From the NCBI GenBank assembly GCA_041685745.1, contig JAWLFD010000001.1, forward strand, positions 1 to 37,615: a stretch of DNA of 37,615 bases, given 5' to 3'. The stretch is from Wenzhouxiangella sp. Lineage in GTDB: Bacteria > Pseudomonadota > Gammaproteobacteria > Xanthomonadales > Wenzhouxiangellaceae. Under the pieces are notes generated by a model. The model did no database searches. It was not told the DNA's origin and saw nothing but the letters and a program-made list of their open reading frames with translations. Each line of letters starts with the position of its first letter. Position 1 is the stretch's first letter. This document shows, piece by piece, positions 25,998-34,975 of this stretch. A program made the translations under genes and the position numbers.

Positions 25998-27890
25998 TCA
26001 GAACGAGTAGCTGATCGAGCCCGAAACGAAGTCCCGGTCACCCAGCAGATTGTTGATGCCGGCACCAAAGAAGTTGGTGTAGGCAAAGTCCAGGCGCCAC
26101 TGAGACAGGTAGTTGAGCTGCAGCCCCAGCGTGGCCTGCTTGCGCCCGGCAATGAAGTTGCCACCCGGCCCGGGCGTGACGCCCTGCACATCATGATTGA
26201 ACGCCAGGCGCGGCGTCATGGACCAGGCCGAACCGAACACGTTGTTGTAGGTCGGCGCCACCACCAGGCGATAGCCCCAGCTGAACGCTGTTGCGAATCC
26301 GTCGTTCAGGGTGACCGGATTGCGGCTGTTGCCGCCGGTCAAGCGCGACGGCCCGCCGCCGGTATCGGTGCCGGGACCGTCGAAACGCATGACGGAACGA
26401 TCCGGCAGGTCCCAGAAGTGGGTCGCACCCGCCTCGGCCACGACCGCCACCTGGCTGGCGTTGATCCAGTTGTTCGGGCCGATCAGCTTGGTCAGCGTCA
26501 CCTGGGCCTGAGAGACTTCGCGGCGCTCGTAGCCGGGAATGAATTCACCCGGCGCGTACTGGCCCAGCTGACTGCGGAAGCGATCGTATTCGCTGGGCAG
26601 GGCCGCATTGAGCGGCGACAGGCCGGCGAACAGCAGCTCGACATCGTCGATCTGGATCGGCAGGTTGTCGCGATAGCTGACCTCACCCCCGACCGACCAG
26701 CCGGCGACGGTGGTATTGAAGCTCAGACCGAACAGGTTGATGTCTTCGGGGTATTCGACGATCACCCGCCCGGTCGTGACGTCCGGGCTGGTCACGGCCT
26801 GGCCGGACAACACCGGCAGACGGCTGTGGTAGTTGAGGTAGAACAGCCCGAACTCGGTGTCGTTCAGCCAGGGTGCAAAGTAGCGCAAAGCGATTCCGAA
26901 CTGGCCGGAGTCGCTGGGCTCGTTGTCCTGGGCCCGGCGCGGAAACGCGGCCGAGCACCCCAGAGCCACCAGCTGCGGGGGCAGCCCGGTGTCGCTCAGG
27001 CCGAACTGGCCCTGACGGCAGACCGGGTCGTAGAGGTCGGTGTTGCGCACCGGCTGCGGCACCAGGCCGAAGTTGAGCATGGCATATTGACCCCCCTCGG
27101 TGGCGAAGTCGTTGGTCGCGAAGAACGTTCCCGAGGGCTCGGCCTCGATCGCATCCCAGTCGAACATGACCAGCGCCTCGGCCGACAGGTTCGGCGTGAG
27201 ATCCATGCTGGCCCAGAGCATGTTCAACGGCAGGAAAGCATCCCGCAGCTCGGCGCCCGCAGTGCGCAAGGCGGTGATATCGACGGGGTTGACCGCATTG
27301 ATGCCGCCGGGAATGAACGTGCTCTCACCCCAGCTGACGACCTGCCGACCCAGACGCATCGACAGCAGCCGGCCGCCGGGCATGTCGAAATCGCCGTACA
27401 GGTAGGCGTCGAGCAGTCGCGCCCGCTCCCCAACCCTGTCTTTCGCGTCGTCAGACAGGAAATCCTTGTCGTTGAGGGTAAAGTCGTAGAAATAGTTGCC
27501 GCGAACGAAAGCGCCGAAGTTCCGGTACCCAACCGACAGCTCGGAGGTGACGCGCGCGACGTTGAAGATCGGATCCCACTGATCGAAATTCAGGTTGCCG
27601 TCATCGGAGTTGGCGGAAAAACGGCCGGTGGCTGCCATCTGCTGCTCCAGCGGCGCCTGGACGATCAGCGGGTTGAAGAAGGCCTTGGCCACCAGGTCGT
27701 CGTCGCGTTCGGATGCGCGCACGCCGATCGCGTAACTGAGGGTGGTATCGAGCCGAATGCTGACGTTGTCGGTACTCAGGTCGATGGCGGCGGCCGGGTT
27801 GGCCGCCACGGCCAGAGCGACGGCGCTGGCGAGCAGGCAGGGACGCACGATGCGAGACTGCCGAGGGTCCTGTTTTGCTTGGCGATTCAT
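25998..27890 (-). CDS. DUF1302 family outer-membrane beta-barrel protein
   Basis: Signal peptide; N.DDGNLNF, RLGRQVVSWGESTF, NYHSRLP, YPEDI.LFGLSF, DRDF; terminal YSF beta-signal; AGGGAG RBS. Confidence 0.88.
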   Translation of the reverse strand: MNRQAKQDPRQSRIVRPCLLASAVALAVAANPAAAIDLSTDNVSIRLDTTLSYAIGVRASERDDDLVAKAFFNPLIVQAPLEQQMAATGRFSANSDDGNLNFDQWDPIFNVARVTSELSVGYRNFGAFVRGNYFYDFTLNDKDFLSDDAKDRVGERARLLDAYLYGDFDMPGGRLLSMRLGRQVVSWGESTFIPGGINAVNPVDITALRTAGAELRDAFLPLNMLWASMDLTPNLSAEALVMFDWDAIEAEPSGTFFATNDFATEGGQYAMLNFGLVPQPVRNTDLYDPVCRQGQFGLSDTGLPPQLVALGCSAAFPRRAQDNEPSDSGQFGIALRYFAPWLNDTEFGLFYLNYHSRLPVLSGQAVTSPDVTTGRVIVEYPEDINLFGLSFNTTVAGWSVGGEVSYRDNLPIQIDDVELLFAGLSPLNAALPSEYDRFRSQLGQYAPGEFIPGYERREVSQAQVTLTKLIGPNNWINASQVAVVAEAGATHFWDLPDRSVMRFDGPGTDTGGGPSRLTGGNSRNPVTLNDGFATAFSWGYRLVVAPTYNNVFGSAWSMTPRLAFNHDVQGVTPGPGGNFIAGRKQATLGLQLNYLSQWRLDFAYTNFFGAGINNLLGDRDFVSGSISYSF

Positions 27891-27904
27891 GGTTCGTCTC
27901 CCTG

Positions 27905-30052
27905 TCAGTCAGTCTCGATAAGCGAAGGATTGCCGATCACGACGGCAGCGCCGCCCGATGAGGTCATGCTCGCCGCCTGGCCCTGCATTTCGGCCGTGAC
28001 CGCCGGAGCGGCCGACGGATCCAGCAGCGAACCATGCCCGCCCTGAAGCAGCCGAACCGCACCGCGGATGCCCATCGGATCCTGGGTCGATTCGGCAATC
28101 GAATCCAGGCCCATGACCCGGATCAGAGGCTCGGTGCCCGACAGAGGCGCACCCTGGACCGCGTTGGGCACCACGCTGTCGCCGGCGACCTGCTGCAGCA
28201 GCACGCTGTTGGTCTCGACCGTCAGCGCACCCCAGTTGACCGGGTCGGCGGAATCGACCACGGTTTGCGCGGCCAGCAGGAACTGGGCGAAGTCCGGGGT
28301 CCCGGGTTCGACGCCGGCAGCGGCCAGGCCGGCGCGTATCACCGGTCCGAAAGTTTCCGATCCCGCCAGCAGATTGGCAATGCCGCCGCCGGGCACCGAA
28401 AGCACCCCGTTGTTGACGGTCGGCTCGACGGCCAGGAACGGAATGCCGGCCATGGCGCCCAGGGACAGACCGACGAAATTGATGTTTGATCCGTCCAGGT
28501 CGCCCAGGCCGTCGCCGTCGAGATCGATGAAAGGCACGTTGACGGCAACCGAGGACAGATCGACCTGGGCCTGGCGCAGGTTGTCGCGCGAGGTCAGCAG
28601 GCTCTGCAGGTTGATGAACCACGCCCCGGAGCCATCGATGCTGCCGTCGGGGCCGGGCGCGCCGCTTTCGTTGTCTTGCAGATCCAGATTGAAAGTGCGC
28701 TCTTTGGCAATCTGTCCAAAGGGCGTGTTGCCGATGTAGAGCGGGCTGGTGACGTCGGTGATGCCATGCAGCGGCTTGTCGATGGCCACGACCGCAAAAC
28801 CGATCGAAGCCATGGTGTCGGCCAGCGCCAGCATCTGGCTGCGGTTGCCGGTAATACCGTGCTGGAAGATGACCACTGGCCAACCGGACGCCGGGCGGAC
28901 CCGACCTGAATTTGCATTGGGCACGGTAATGAGCATCGGCGCGGCCTGGCGGGCGCGTTCGACCGGAATCGGGTTGGCGACCGTGACGTTGGTGGATTCA
29001 GGATCCAGACCCAGGCCGTCGAACGGCGGCACGTAGGCACCCGCCTCGGCCTGCCAGAACCCGGTCAGCGGCGCTGACGGATTGTCTTCGCTCGGCACCG
29101 GCAGGAAATACGGCAGCTCGACCACGCCCAGGTACAGATCGGCGATGCCCGGCGAGGCACCGGGCGGCAGCACGTCGGCCGTGGTCAGGCAGGTTCCCGG
29201 CGCGAGGCAGGCCTGAGCCACCTGGGTGCTGGTCGGGCGCAGCGTTGAGCGGATGACCCCCAGGACCGGCGTGATCGCCTGGGTGGTGGCGGTGAACGAC
29301 AGCACGATATCGTCGCGATCGATCCCGGCCGAGGCCGCGGCCATTTCCTGCGCGTTGGTCAGCTGGCGCAACGGCTCCAGCGCCTGGGCCGTGCCGTTGT
29401 CGAGCAGGGGATCGGTGCTGTTGCCCTCGGCGTCGACCAGCGGCTCGGTCCGCTTGGCCAGGAAGTAGGTCTGGGACGGGGTGGCCGGATTGCCGCTGGT
29501 GTCGACGATGCCATCGGTCACCACCGCCATGTAGCCGGTGTTTTCGGCCAGCGGCGTCAGCGGCAGCACGACCACGCCGCTGGGATCTCCGGGATTGGCC
29601 AGCGCAACGTACTCGGCGCCGGGCGTCAGTTCGCGATTGATGCTCTCCACCGCGATCGTGCCGAAGACGAACTGCACCTCGAACATCCGCACCGTGCTGC
29701 CCGGCACCACGCTGTCGGGGTCGATTGCATCGGAAAAGGAAAAACTCCACGGAGCGACCGTACTGAAACCGTCCAGCGCGTTCAGGGCCACGGTCGGGTC
29801 GCCGAAGTCTTCGGGGTCGGCTACGGGAATGTTCAGGGTCAGATCTTCAGATCCGGACCGGAGCAGGTTGTTGGGAAACGGCAGGATGCCCGCCGAAGGG
29901 TCGAACTGGGCCGTCAGCGTGGCGGTGACCGGATCACCGTCGGGCTTTTCGGCCGGGTCGACTTGCGTTGCGCGGTCCACGTCCGAACTACCGCCGCAGC
30001 CGACAAGCCAAAACAGCGCCAGACCCATGGCCGGTACCAGGCGTCTCTTCAT
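27905..30052 (-). CDS. Lipoprotein lipase/phospholipase, Pla-1/cef (VolA-like) alpha/beta hydrolase
   Basis: Lipobox LVG-C; P.PNN, LNALDGFST N-terminal domain; WPVVIFQHGIT, AID.PLHG, RDNLRQ, GLSLG nucleophile, DSVVPN, GTEPL, HGSLLDP; GGAG RBS. Confidence 0.85.
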   Translation of the reverse strand: MKRRLVPAMGLALFWLVGCGGSSDVDRATQVDPAEKPDGDPVTATLTAQFDPSAGILPFPNNLLRSGSEDLTLNIPVADPEDFGDPTVALNALDGFSTVAPWSFSFSDAIDPDSVVPGSTVRMFEVQFVFGTIAVESINRELTPGAEYVALANPGDPSGVVVLPLTPLAENTGYMAVVTDGIVDTSGNPATPSQTYFLAKRTEPLVDAEGNSTDPLLDNGTAQALEPLRQLTNAQEMAAASAGIDRDDIVLSFTATTQAITPVLGVIRSTLRPTSTQVAQACLAPGTCLTTADVLPPGASPGIADLYLGVVELPYFLPVPSEDNPSAPLTGFWQAEAGAYVPPFDGLGLDPESTNVTVANPIPVERARQAAPMLITVPNANSGRVRPASGWPVVIFQHGITGNRSQMLALADTMASIGFAVVAIDKPLHGITDVTSPLYIGNTPFGQIAKERTFNLDLQDNESGAPGPDGSIDGSGAWFINLQSLLTSRDNLRQAQVDLSSVAVNVPFIDLDGDGLGDLDGSNINFVGLSLGAMAGIPFLAVEPTVNNGVLSVPGGGIANLLAGSETFGPVIRAGLAAAGVEPGTPDFAQFLLAAQTVVDSADPVNWGALTVETNSVLLQQVAGDSVVPNAVQGAPLSGTEPLIRVMGLDSIAESTQDPMGIRGAVRLLQGGHGSLLDPSAAPAVTAEMQGQAASMTSSGGAAVVIGNPSLIETD

Positions 30053-30130
30053 CAGATTTTCTCCCCGAAGCAGAACTGAGGTTTATGAAATTGCAGGTCA
30101 GGATCGAGCCCGCCTGCTTCTATCGTCCGT

Positions 30131-30160
30131 ATGATATGAACAACGAGTTTTGATTTGCAA
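30131..30160 (-). promoter_or_regulatory. Putative sigma70 promoter of the lipase-DUF1302 operon
   Basis: Minus strand TTGCAA (30160-30155), 18 nt, TATCAT (30136-30131) in the AT-rich divergent region. Confidence 0.45.
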
Positions 30161-30166
30161 GCAACG

Positions 30167-31459
30167 ATGAAGGAAATGTTGAATCTGCAGGGCGCGAAAG
30201 GACTGACAGCGGCGCTCGGCCCCGGTCTGCTGATGGCCGGCGCCGCCATCGGCGTTTCCCACCTGGTGCAGGCGACCCGCGCCGGGGCGGAATACGGGCT
30301 CAGCCTGCTCGGCCTGGTGATCCTGGCCTGCGTCCTGAAATATCCCTTCATCGAGTTCGGCCCACGCTACGCGGCCGCGACCGGGGAGTCCCTGATTCGC
30401 GGCTATCAACGCCTGGGCAGCTGGGCACTGGGATTGTTCACGCTGATCACGCTGGCGACCATGTTCATCATCCAGGCCAGCGTGACCCTGGTCACCGCCG
30501 GCCTGGCGGGCCTGGTTTTCGGCATCGACGCCACGATCACCCAGCTGGCTTTCGGCGTGCTGATCGCCTGTATCGCGGTCCTCGCATTGGGTCGCTTTGC
30601 CGCGCTCGACGGGCTGATGAAAATCATCATCGCCGCGCTGGCCGTCTCGACCACGGCCGCGGTTTTACTGGCATCGGGCACGGCGGCGGACAATGTAACC
30701 CTGAACCCGTTCAGCGGGTTTGACCAGGTCTGGACCGCCGCCGGCGTGGCCTTCGTCCTGGCCCTGCTGGGCTGGATGCCCATTCCCCTTGACGTGGCCG
30801 CGTGGCACTCGCTGTGGACGCTGGAACGGGCCCGGCAGACCGGCGTTGCACCGAGCGTCCGGCACGCGCTTTTCGACTGTCGGCTCGGCTACCTGGGAGC
30901 GACCGCGACCGCGGTGATCTTCCTGGTGCTCGGCGCGCTGGTCATGCACGGCAGCGGCGCGCGTTTCTCGGAGCAGGCGGTGACCTTCTCCGGGCAGCTG
31001 GTCGATCTGTACGCGGCCAACCTCGGCGAATGGTCTCGCTCGCTGATCGCGATCGCGGCCCTGACGGCGATGTTTTCGACCACGCTGGCGGTTACCGACG
31101 CCTACCCGCGCGTGATCCGGGCCATGATCGAAGTCAGCGGCGCAGCCACCGAGGACCGCACGAACCGTCAGCTGGATTTGCACCGGGGACGCTATATCAC
31201 CGCTTTGCTGATCGTCACCATCGGCGCCCTGATCATCATTCTGTACTTCGGCCAGCGCTTCACCCTGCTGATCGACTTCGCCACCACCGTCTCGTTTCTC
31301 GCCGCCCCTGTTCTGGCCTGGCTGAACATTCGCGTGATCACCGCCGATTTCATGCCCGAGGAGCACCGACCCGGTCCCGGCGTAATGCGCCTGGCCTGGA
31401 CGGGATTTGCCTTCCTGGTGATCTTCTGCCTGATCTGGCTGGGCTGGAGAATCCTCTAG
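30167..31459 (+). CDS. NRAMP-like / APC-fold membrane permease, substrate unknown
   Basis: About 11 TMs; LGPGLLMAGAAIGVSHLVQATRAGA, KYPF.EFGPRY, GWMP; lacks the canonical NRAMP DPGN motif; start 30167 or 30176. Confidence 0.8.
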   Translation: MKEMLNLQGAKGLTAALGPGLLMAGAAIGVSHLVQATRAGAEYGLSLLGLVILACVLKYPFIEFGPRYAAATGESLIRGYQRLGSWALGLFTLITLATMFIIQASVTLVTAGLAGLVFGIDATITQLAFGVLIACIAVLALGRFAALDGLMKIIIAALAVSTTAAVLLASGTAADNVTLNPFSGFDQVWTAAGVAFVLALLGWMPIPLDVAAWHSLWTLERARQTGVAPSVRHALFDCRLGYLGATATAVIFLVLGALVMHGSGARFSEQAVTFSGQLVDLYAANLGEWSRSLIAIAALTAMFSTTLAVTDAYPRVIRAMIEVSGAATEDRTNRQLDLHRGRYITALLIVTIGALIIILYFGQRFTLLIDFATTVSFLAAPVLAWLNIRVITADFMPEEHRPGPGVMRLAWTGFAFLVIFCLIWLGWRIL

Positions 31460-31544
31460 TGGGCCCTCCGGGAGAGTTCCCTGACGAGCCGCATGGCCCA
31501 CGAGCGAGCCACACGGCGCTGCCGCCGCTGCGGCGTTTCCGGCC

Positions 31545-33122
31545 TCAATCGGACCCGGGCAACCCAGGGTAGCCGGGCGCAAACGGCACGGGCGCGGCCT
31601 GTGCGTTCTGGTAGCGTTCCATGTCTGCCCGCAGGTCGGCTCGCGACTCCAGCCGCCCGCTCTTGAGCGCCTCGAACATCGCCTGGGCCTGCAGATCCAC
31701 CGCATCGTCGAACCGCCCGAGCGCGGCGAACACCATGGCCAGGGTCGCCGAGTTGTCCGCCGTCGGCGCAATCTGGTACACGGACTCGGCCCATTGCAGC
31801 GCTTCCTCCAGCCCCTCGGCCGAGGCCGCCCCGCAGGTCGCGCGGACACGCGCCAGCGCCCCCAGCACATCGCCATCGGTGGGGAACCGGACGCTCAATT
31901 CTTCCAGGGCATTCTCCCCACGACCGCACTCTCCGGCAGCCAGCATGGCCAACGCGGCCCAGAAACCGTAGCGCGCGCTTTCGGCCCGCTCGACGTCGCC
32001 GAACAATCGGCTGAAGCGTTGCTCGGCCTCGGCGAACTCGCCGGCCTCCAATTCAAGAAAGGCCAGCGCCTCGGCCGCCTCGACCTGGTCGGCATCCAGC
32101 GCCAGCGACCTGTCATAAGCGCTTGCCGCCGCCTTGGCCGCGCCCTGCAGCTCGCGGACCTGACCCAGCAGGAAGTGTGCTCTTGCCGCGTCGGCATCCA
32201 GGCCGATCCAGCGCTCGAACGCGGCCGCCGCTTCCTCCAGATCACCCTGGCGAGCGACGACCTGGCCGTAGTTTTCGAGAATCACCGGATCGTCCGGCGC
32301 AAGCTGAGCGGAGATCGCCAGCAGCCGCCGGGCTTCGTCCAGGTCACCGGCATCGGCTCGCTGCAGTCCGATCTCGAGGTAGAACTGGGGCGAACGCGAC
32401 TGTCTCTGAACACGCTCGAGCAAAGGGTCGGCGATCGGCTCGCTGCCCGAACCGATCCGTTCGATCTGTTCACGCGCGCGCTCCACATCGCCCAGCGCTC
32501 GATAAGCCATCGCCAGCGGTTGATGCAGGCGGGTCGCTTCCGGGCTGATCTCCAGCGCCCGTTCAAACCGTTGCGCGGCCGCTGCATGTTCGCCCCGGGA
32601 CAGCAGCACCCGGCCCTGCCCGGCCAGTGCGGCGGGCGCGTCGGGCGCCAGCGCCAGGGCGCGCTCGAAGTCCGGCTCGGCCGCCTCCGGCCGACCCTGA
32701 TCCAGCCGGATCTGGCCCCGCCGGATGTGGGCCACCGGATCGAACGGGTTGCGCTCGACCGCCTGGTCAAGATGCGCCACCGCCTGATCGAGTTCGCCGC
32801 GATCGATCGCCAGCATACCGAGCAGGTAATGCCAATCGGCGACCGACGGATTCAGCTCACGCGCGTTGCGGTAGGCCTGCTCGGCCTGGGCCGAAAAGCC
32901 GTGCGCAAACAGGACGTCACCGAGCCGGCCGTAGGCATCGGAACGCACTTCCGGCGCCGCTTCGGCAGGCGCCGGGATGGCGGCTCGGGCCGCATCAATG
33001 GCCTCCAGCACCGCCTCCGGCGTATCGCCTCGGTCCACGGGGTCGACCTCGCGCAGTTCGGCCCACAGAGGCTGAGAAAGCAACATCGCGAGCAGCAGCA
33101 AGACGATCACCGGCGATTTCAT
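31545..33122 (-). CDS. Exported tetratricopeptide-repeat protein (about 525 aa)
   Basis: ATG overlaps the upstream stop (ATGA); signal peptide; many TPR units (e.g. WHYLLG...AVAHLDQAVERNP). Confidence 0.88.
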   Translation of the reverse strand: MKSPVIVLLLLAMLLSQPLWAELREVDPVDRGDTPEAVLEAIDAARAAIPAPAEAAPEVRSDAYGRLGDVLFAHGFSAQAEQAYRNARELNPSVADWHYLLGMLAIDRGELDQAVAHLDQAVERNPFDPVAHIRRGQIRLDQGRPEAAEPDFERALALAPDAPAALAGQGRVLLSRGEHAAAAQRFERALEISPEATRLHQPLAMAYRALGDVERAREQIERIGSGSEPIADPLLERVQRQSRSPQFYLEIGLQRADAGDLDEARRLLAISAQLAPDDPVILENYGQVVARQGDLEEAAAAFERWIGLDADAARAHFLLGQVRELQGAAKAAASAYDRSLALDADQVEAAEALAFLELEAGEFAEAEQRFSRLFGDVERAESARYGFWAALAMLAAGECGRGENALEELSVRFPTDGDVLGALARVRATCGAASAEGLEEALQWAESVYQIAPTADNSATLAMVFAALGRFDDAVDLQAQAMFEALKSGRLESRADLRADMERYQNAQAAPVPFAPGYPGLPGSD

Positions 33123-34876
33123 GGGCCGACCGCCGGCTCGCTTCGACCGCTGCCGCGGCGCAGCGAATGATATTGATCGACCGCCAGATCGGAAAACCAT
33201 TCGCGCTGCCCGTCCGGCCAGTGCACCTCCACGGTACGCGAGGCCGGGTTATCGGCCAGCCCGAAGATCACCCGGGGATCGTTGGCCGAGGCGTAGGATC
33301 CATCGGCCCGCGCGCGCCGACGCCGATCCGGCCCGTCGTTCTCATGGAGCCAGGCGACGGCCTGGGTCAGCACCCGCCCGCGCCCGTCGGCCAGGGCCAG
33401 CCCCAGCCAGTGGTGCTCGTCCGCCTTGCGATTGATCAGCACCCGTGCCGGACCGTTGATGTTGACGATGACCAGGTCGGGCCGGCCGTCGTTATCGATA
33501 TCGCCCACCGCCAGGCCGCGGCCGACGTGCGATGCCTCCAGCGCGGCGCCCGCGCGATCGGTCGCCTCGAGGAAGCGTCCGTCACCCCCGTTCAGGAAGA
33601 GCTGATCCGGCTGATGGTAAGGAAACGGGTCGCCGGCGGCGACCAGGTCTTCCTCGATGACCACGGCACCGTTGACCGCGAACAGGTCCAGCCAGCCGTC
33701 GTTGTCGACGTCCAGCCAGGCGGTACCAAACCCCGTGGAAGGCAGGCTGGGCGCACCCAGACCGCTGGTCGCCGTCACGTCGGTAAACCAGCCCTGGCCA
33801 TCGTTGCGATACAGGGTGTTGGTTTCGCGCCGCATGTGGGTGATGAACAGATCCTCGGCCCCGGAGCGGTTGTAGTCGCCGGCATCCACGCCCATGCCGG
33901 CCTCCATGCTGCCGTCGGCGTTGACCGCAGTACCCGCCATGAAACCGTCGTCGACGAACGTGCCATCCCCCTGGTTGACCCAGAGCGAGTTGGCCGAGCC
34001 GTCGTTGGCCACGAAGACGTCGATGCGACCGCTGCCGTTGAAGTCGGCGGCCACCACGCCCAGCCCGTGACGGGCAGTGCCGGCGATGCCCGCCGCCTCG
34101 GTCCGATCGACGAACCGACCTTCGCCCTGGTTGATGAACAGCGTATCGCGCACGCCCTGGTAGGCGGAAGGCGAACAGTAGTCCTGCCGGTTGGTGGCGG
34201 CCGAGCGGCAGATGCGGTGACCCTGGAAGCTGAAGTCCACGTAGTTGGCGACGAACAGATCGAGCAGGCCGTCGTCGTTGAGATCGGCAAAACTGGCGCT
34301 GACGCTCCAGCGGGCATCGCCGACGCCGGCCTGGTCGGTGATGTCGGTAAACGTGCCGTCGCCGTTGTTGCGCCAGAGCTGGTTGGGGCCGAAGTTGAGC
34401 ACGTAGAGATCCTGCAGGCCGTCGCCATCGATATCGCCAACGGCCACGCCCATGCCGTAGCCGCGGGCGTCTATGCCGGACCGTTCGGTGACGTCGGTGA
34501 AGCGGATCTTCCAGTCACCGTTATCGTCCTGGAACGAATCGTTGCGGTAAAGCCGATCGCCTGGCGGCCGTTCGGACGGGTCGATGTCCGGACCCAGCGT
34601 ACCGCCCTGGACGAGATACAGGTCGAGCAGTCCGTCACCGTTGTAGTCAAGCAGGGCCGCGCCGCCGCCCATGATCTCGGGAAAATAGTACTGGCCGCTC
34701 ATGCCGTTGTCGTAGCGAAAGTCGATGCCGGCCTCGGCGGTGACATCGATGAACCAGTCGCTGTCGGCTCCGGCCGCCGATGCAGCCGCACCCACCAGCG
34801 CGCCAAGGGCTAGCCACCGGAGACACAAGCGCGAGAGGGACTTGAGGGTTTCTTCCATGCCGGAACAGGTTTTCAT
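33119..34876 (-). CDS. CRTAC1-family protein (FG-GAP/VCBS propeller plus ASPIC/UnbV domain), secreted copy
   Basis: Seven DxD/NxDGxxD-like Ca-binding loops, F.DVT..AG repeats, C-terminal GSYASANDPRVIFGL...VHWPDG; exact start uncertain. Confidence 0.88.
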   Translation of the reverse strand: MKTCSGMEETLKSLSRLCLRWLALGALVGAAASAAGADSDWFIDVTAEAGIDFRYDNGMSGQYYFPEIMGGGAALLDYNGDGLLDLYLVQGGTLGPDIDPSERPPGDRLYRNDSFQDDNGDWKIRFTDVTERSGIDARGYGMGVAVGDIDGDGLQDLYVLNFGPNQLWRNNGDGTFTDITDQAGVGDARWSVSASFADLNDDGLLDLFVANYVDFSFQGHRICRSAATNRQDYCSPSAYQGVRDTLFINQGEGRFVDRTEAAGIAGTARHGLGVVAADFNGSGRIDVFVANDGSANSLWVNQGDGTFVDDGFMAGTAVNADGSMEAGMGVDAGDYNRSGAEDLFITHMRRETNTLYRNDGQGWFTDVTATSGLGAPSLPSTGFGTAWLDVDNDGWLDLFAVNGAVVIEEDLVAAGDPFPYHQPDQLFLNGGDGRFLEATDRAGAALEASHVGRGLAVGDIDNDGRPDLVIVNINGPARVLINRKADEHHWLGLALADGRGRVLTQAVAWLHENDGPDRRRRARADGSYASANDPRVIFGLADNPASRTVEVHWPDGQREWFSDLAVDQYHSLRRGSGRSEPAVGP

Positions 34877-34975
34877 GCTGGAGACTGCTTCGTCGGAGGA
34901 CTGACCTGCATCAGGGGCAGGCGACCGGCCATGATGCCACTGGCCCGGCGTCGATGCAATTTGATCATGCCTCGC

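Noticed and set aside
30150-30164. TTGAT half-site in the lipase/permease divergent region as an FNR box
   Set aside because: Second half (AAGCA) does not match ATCAA at N4 spacing
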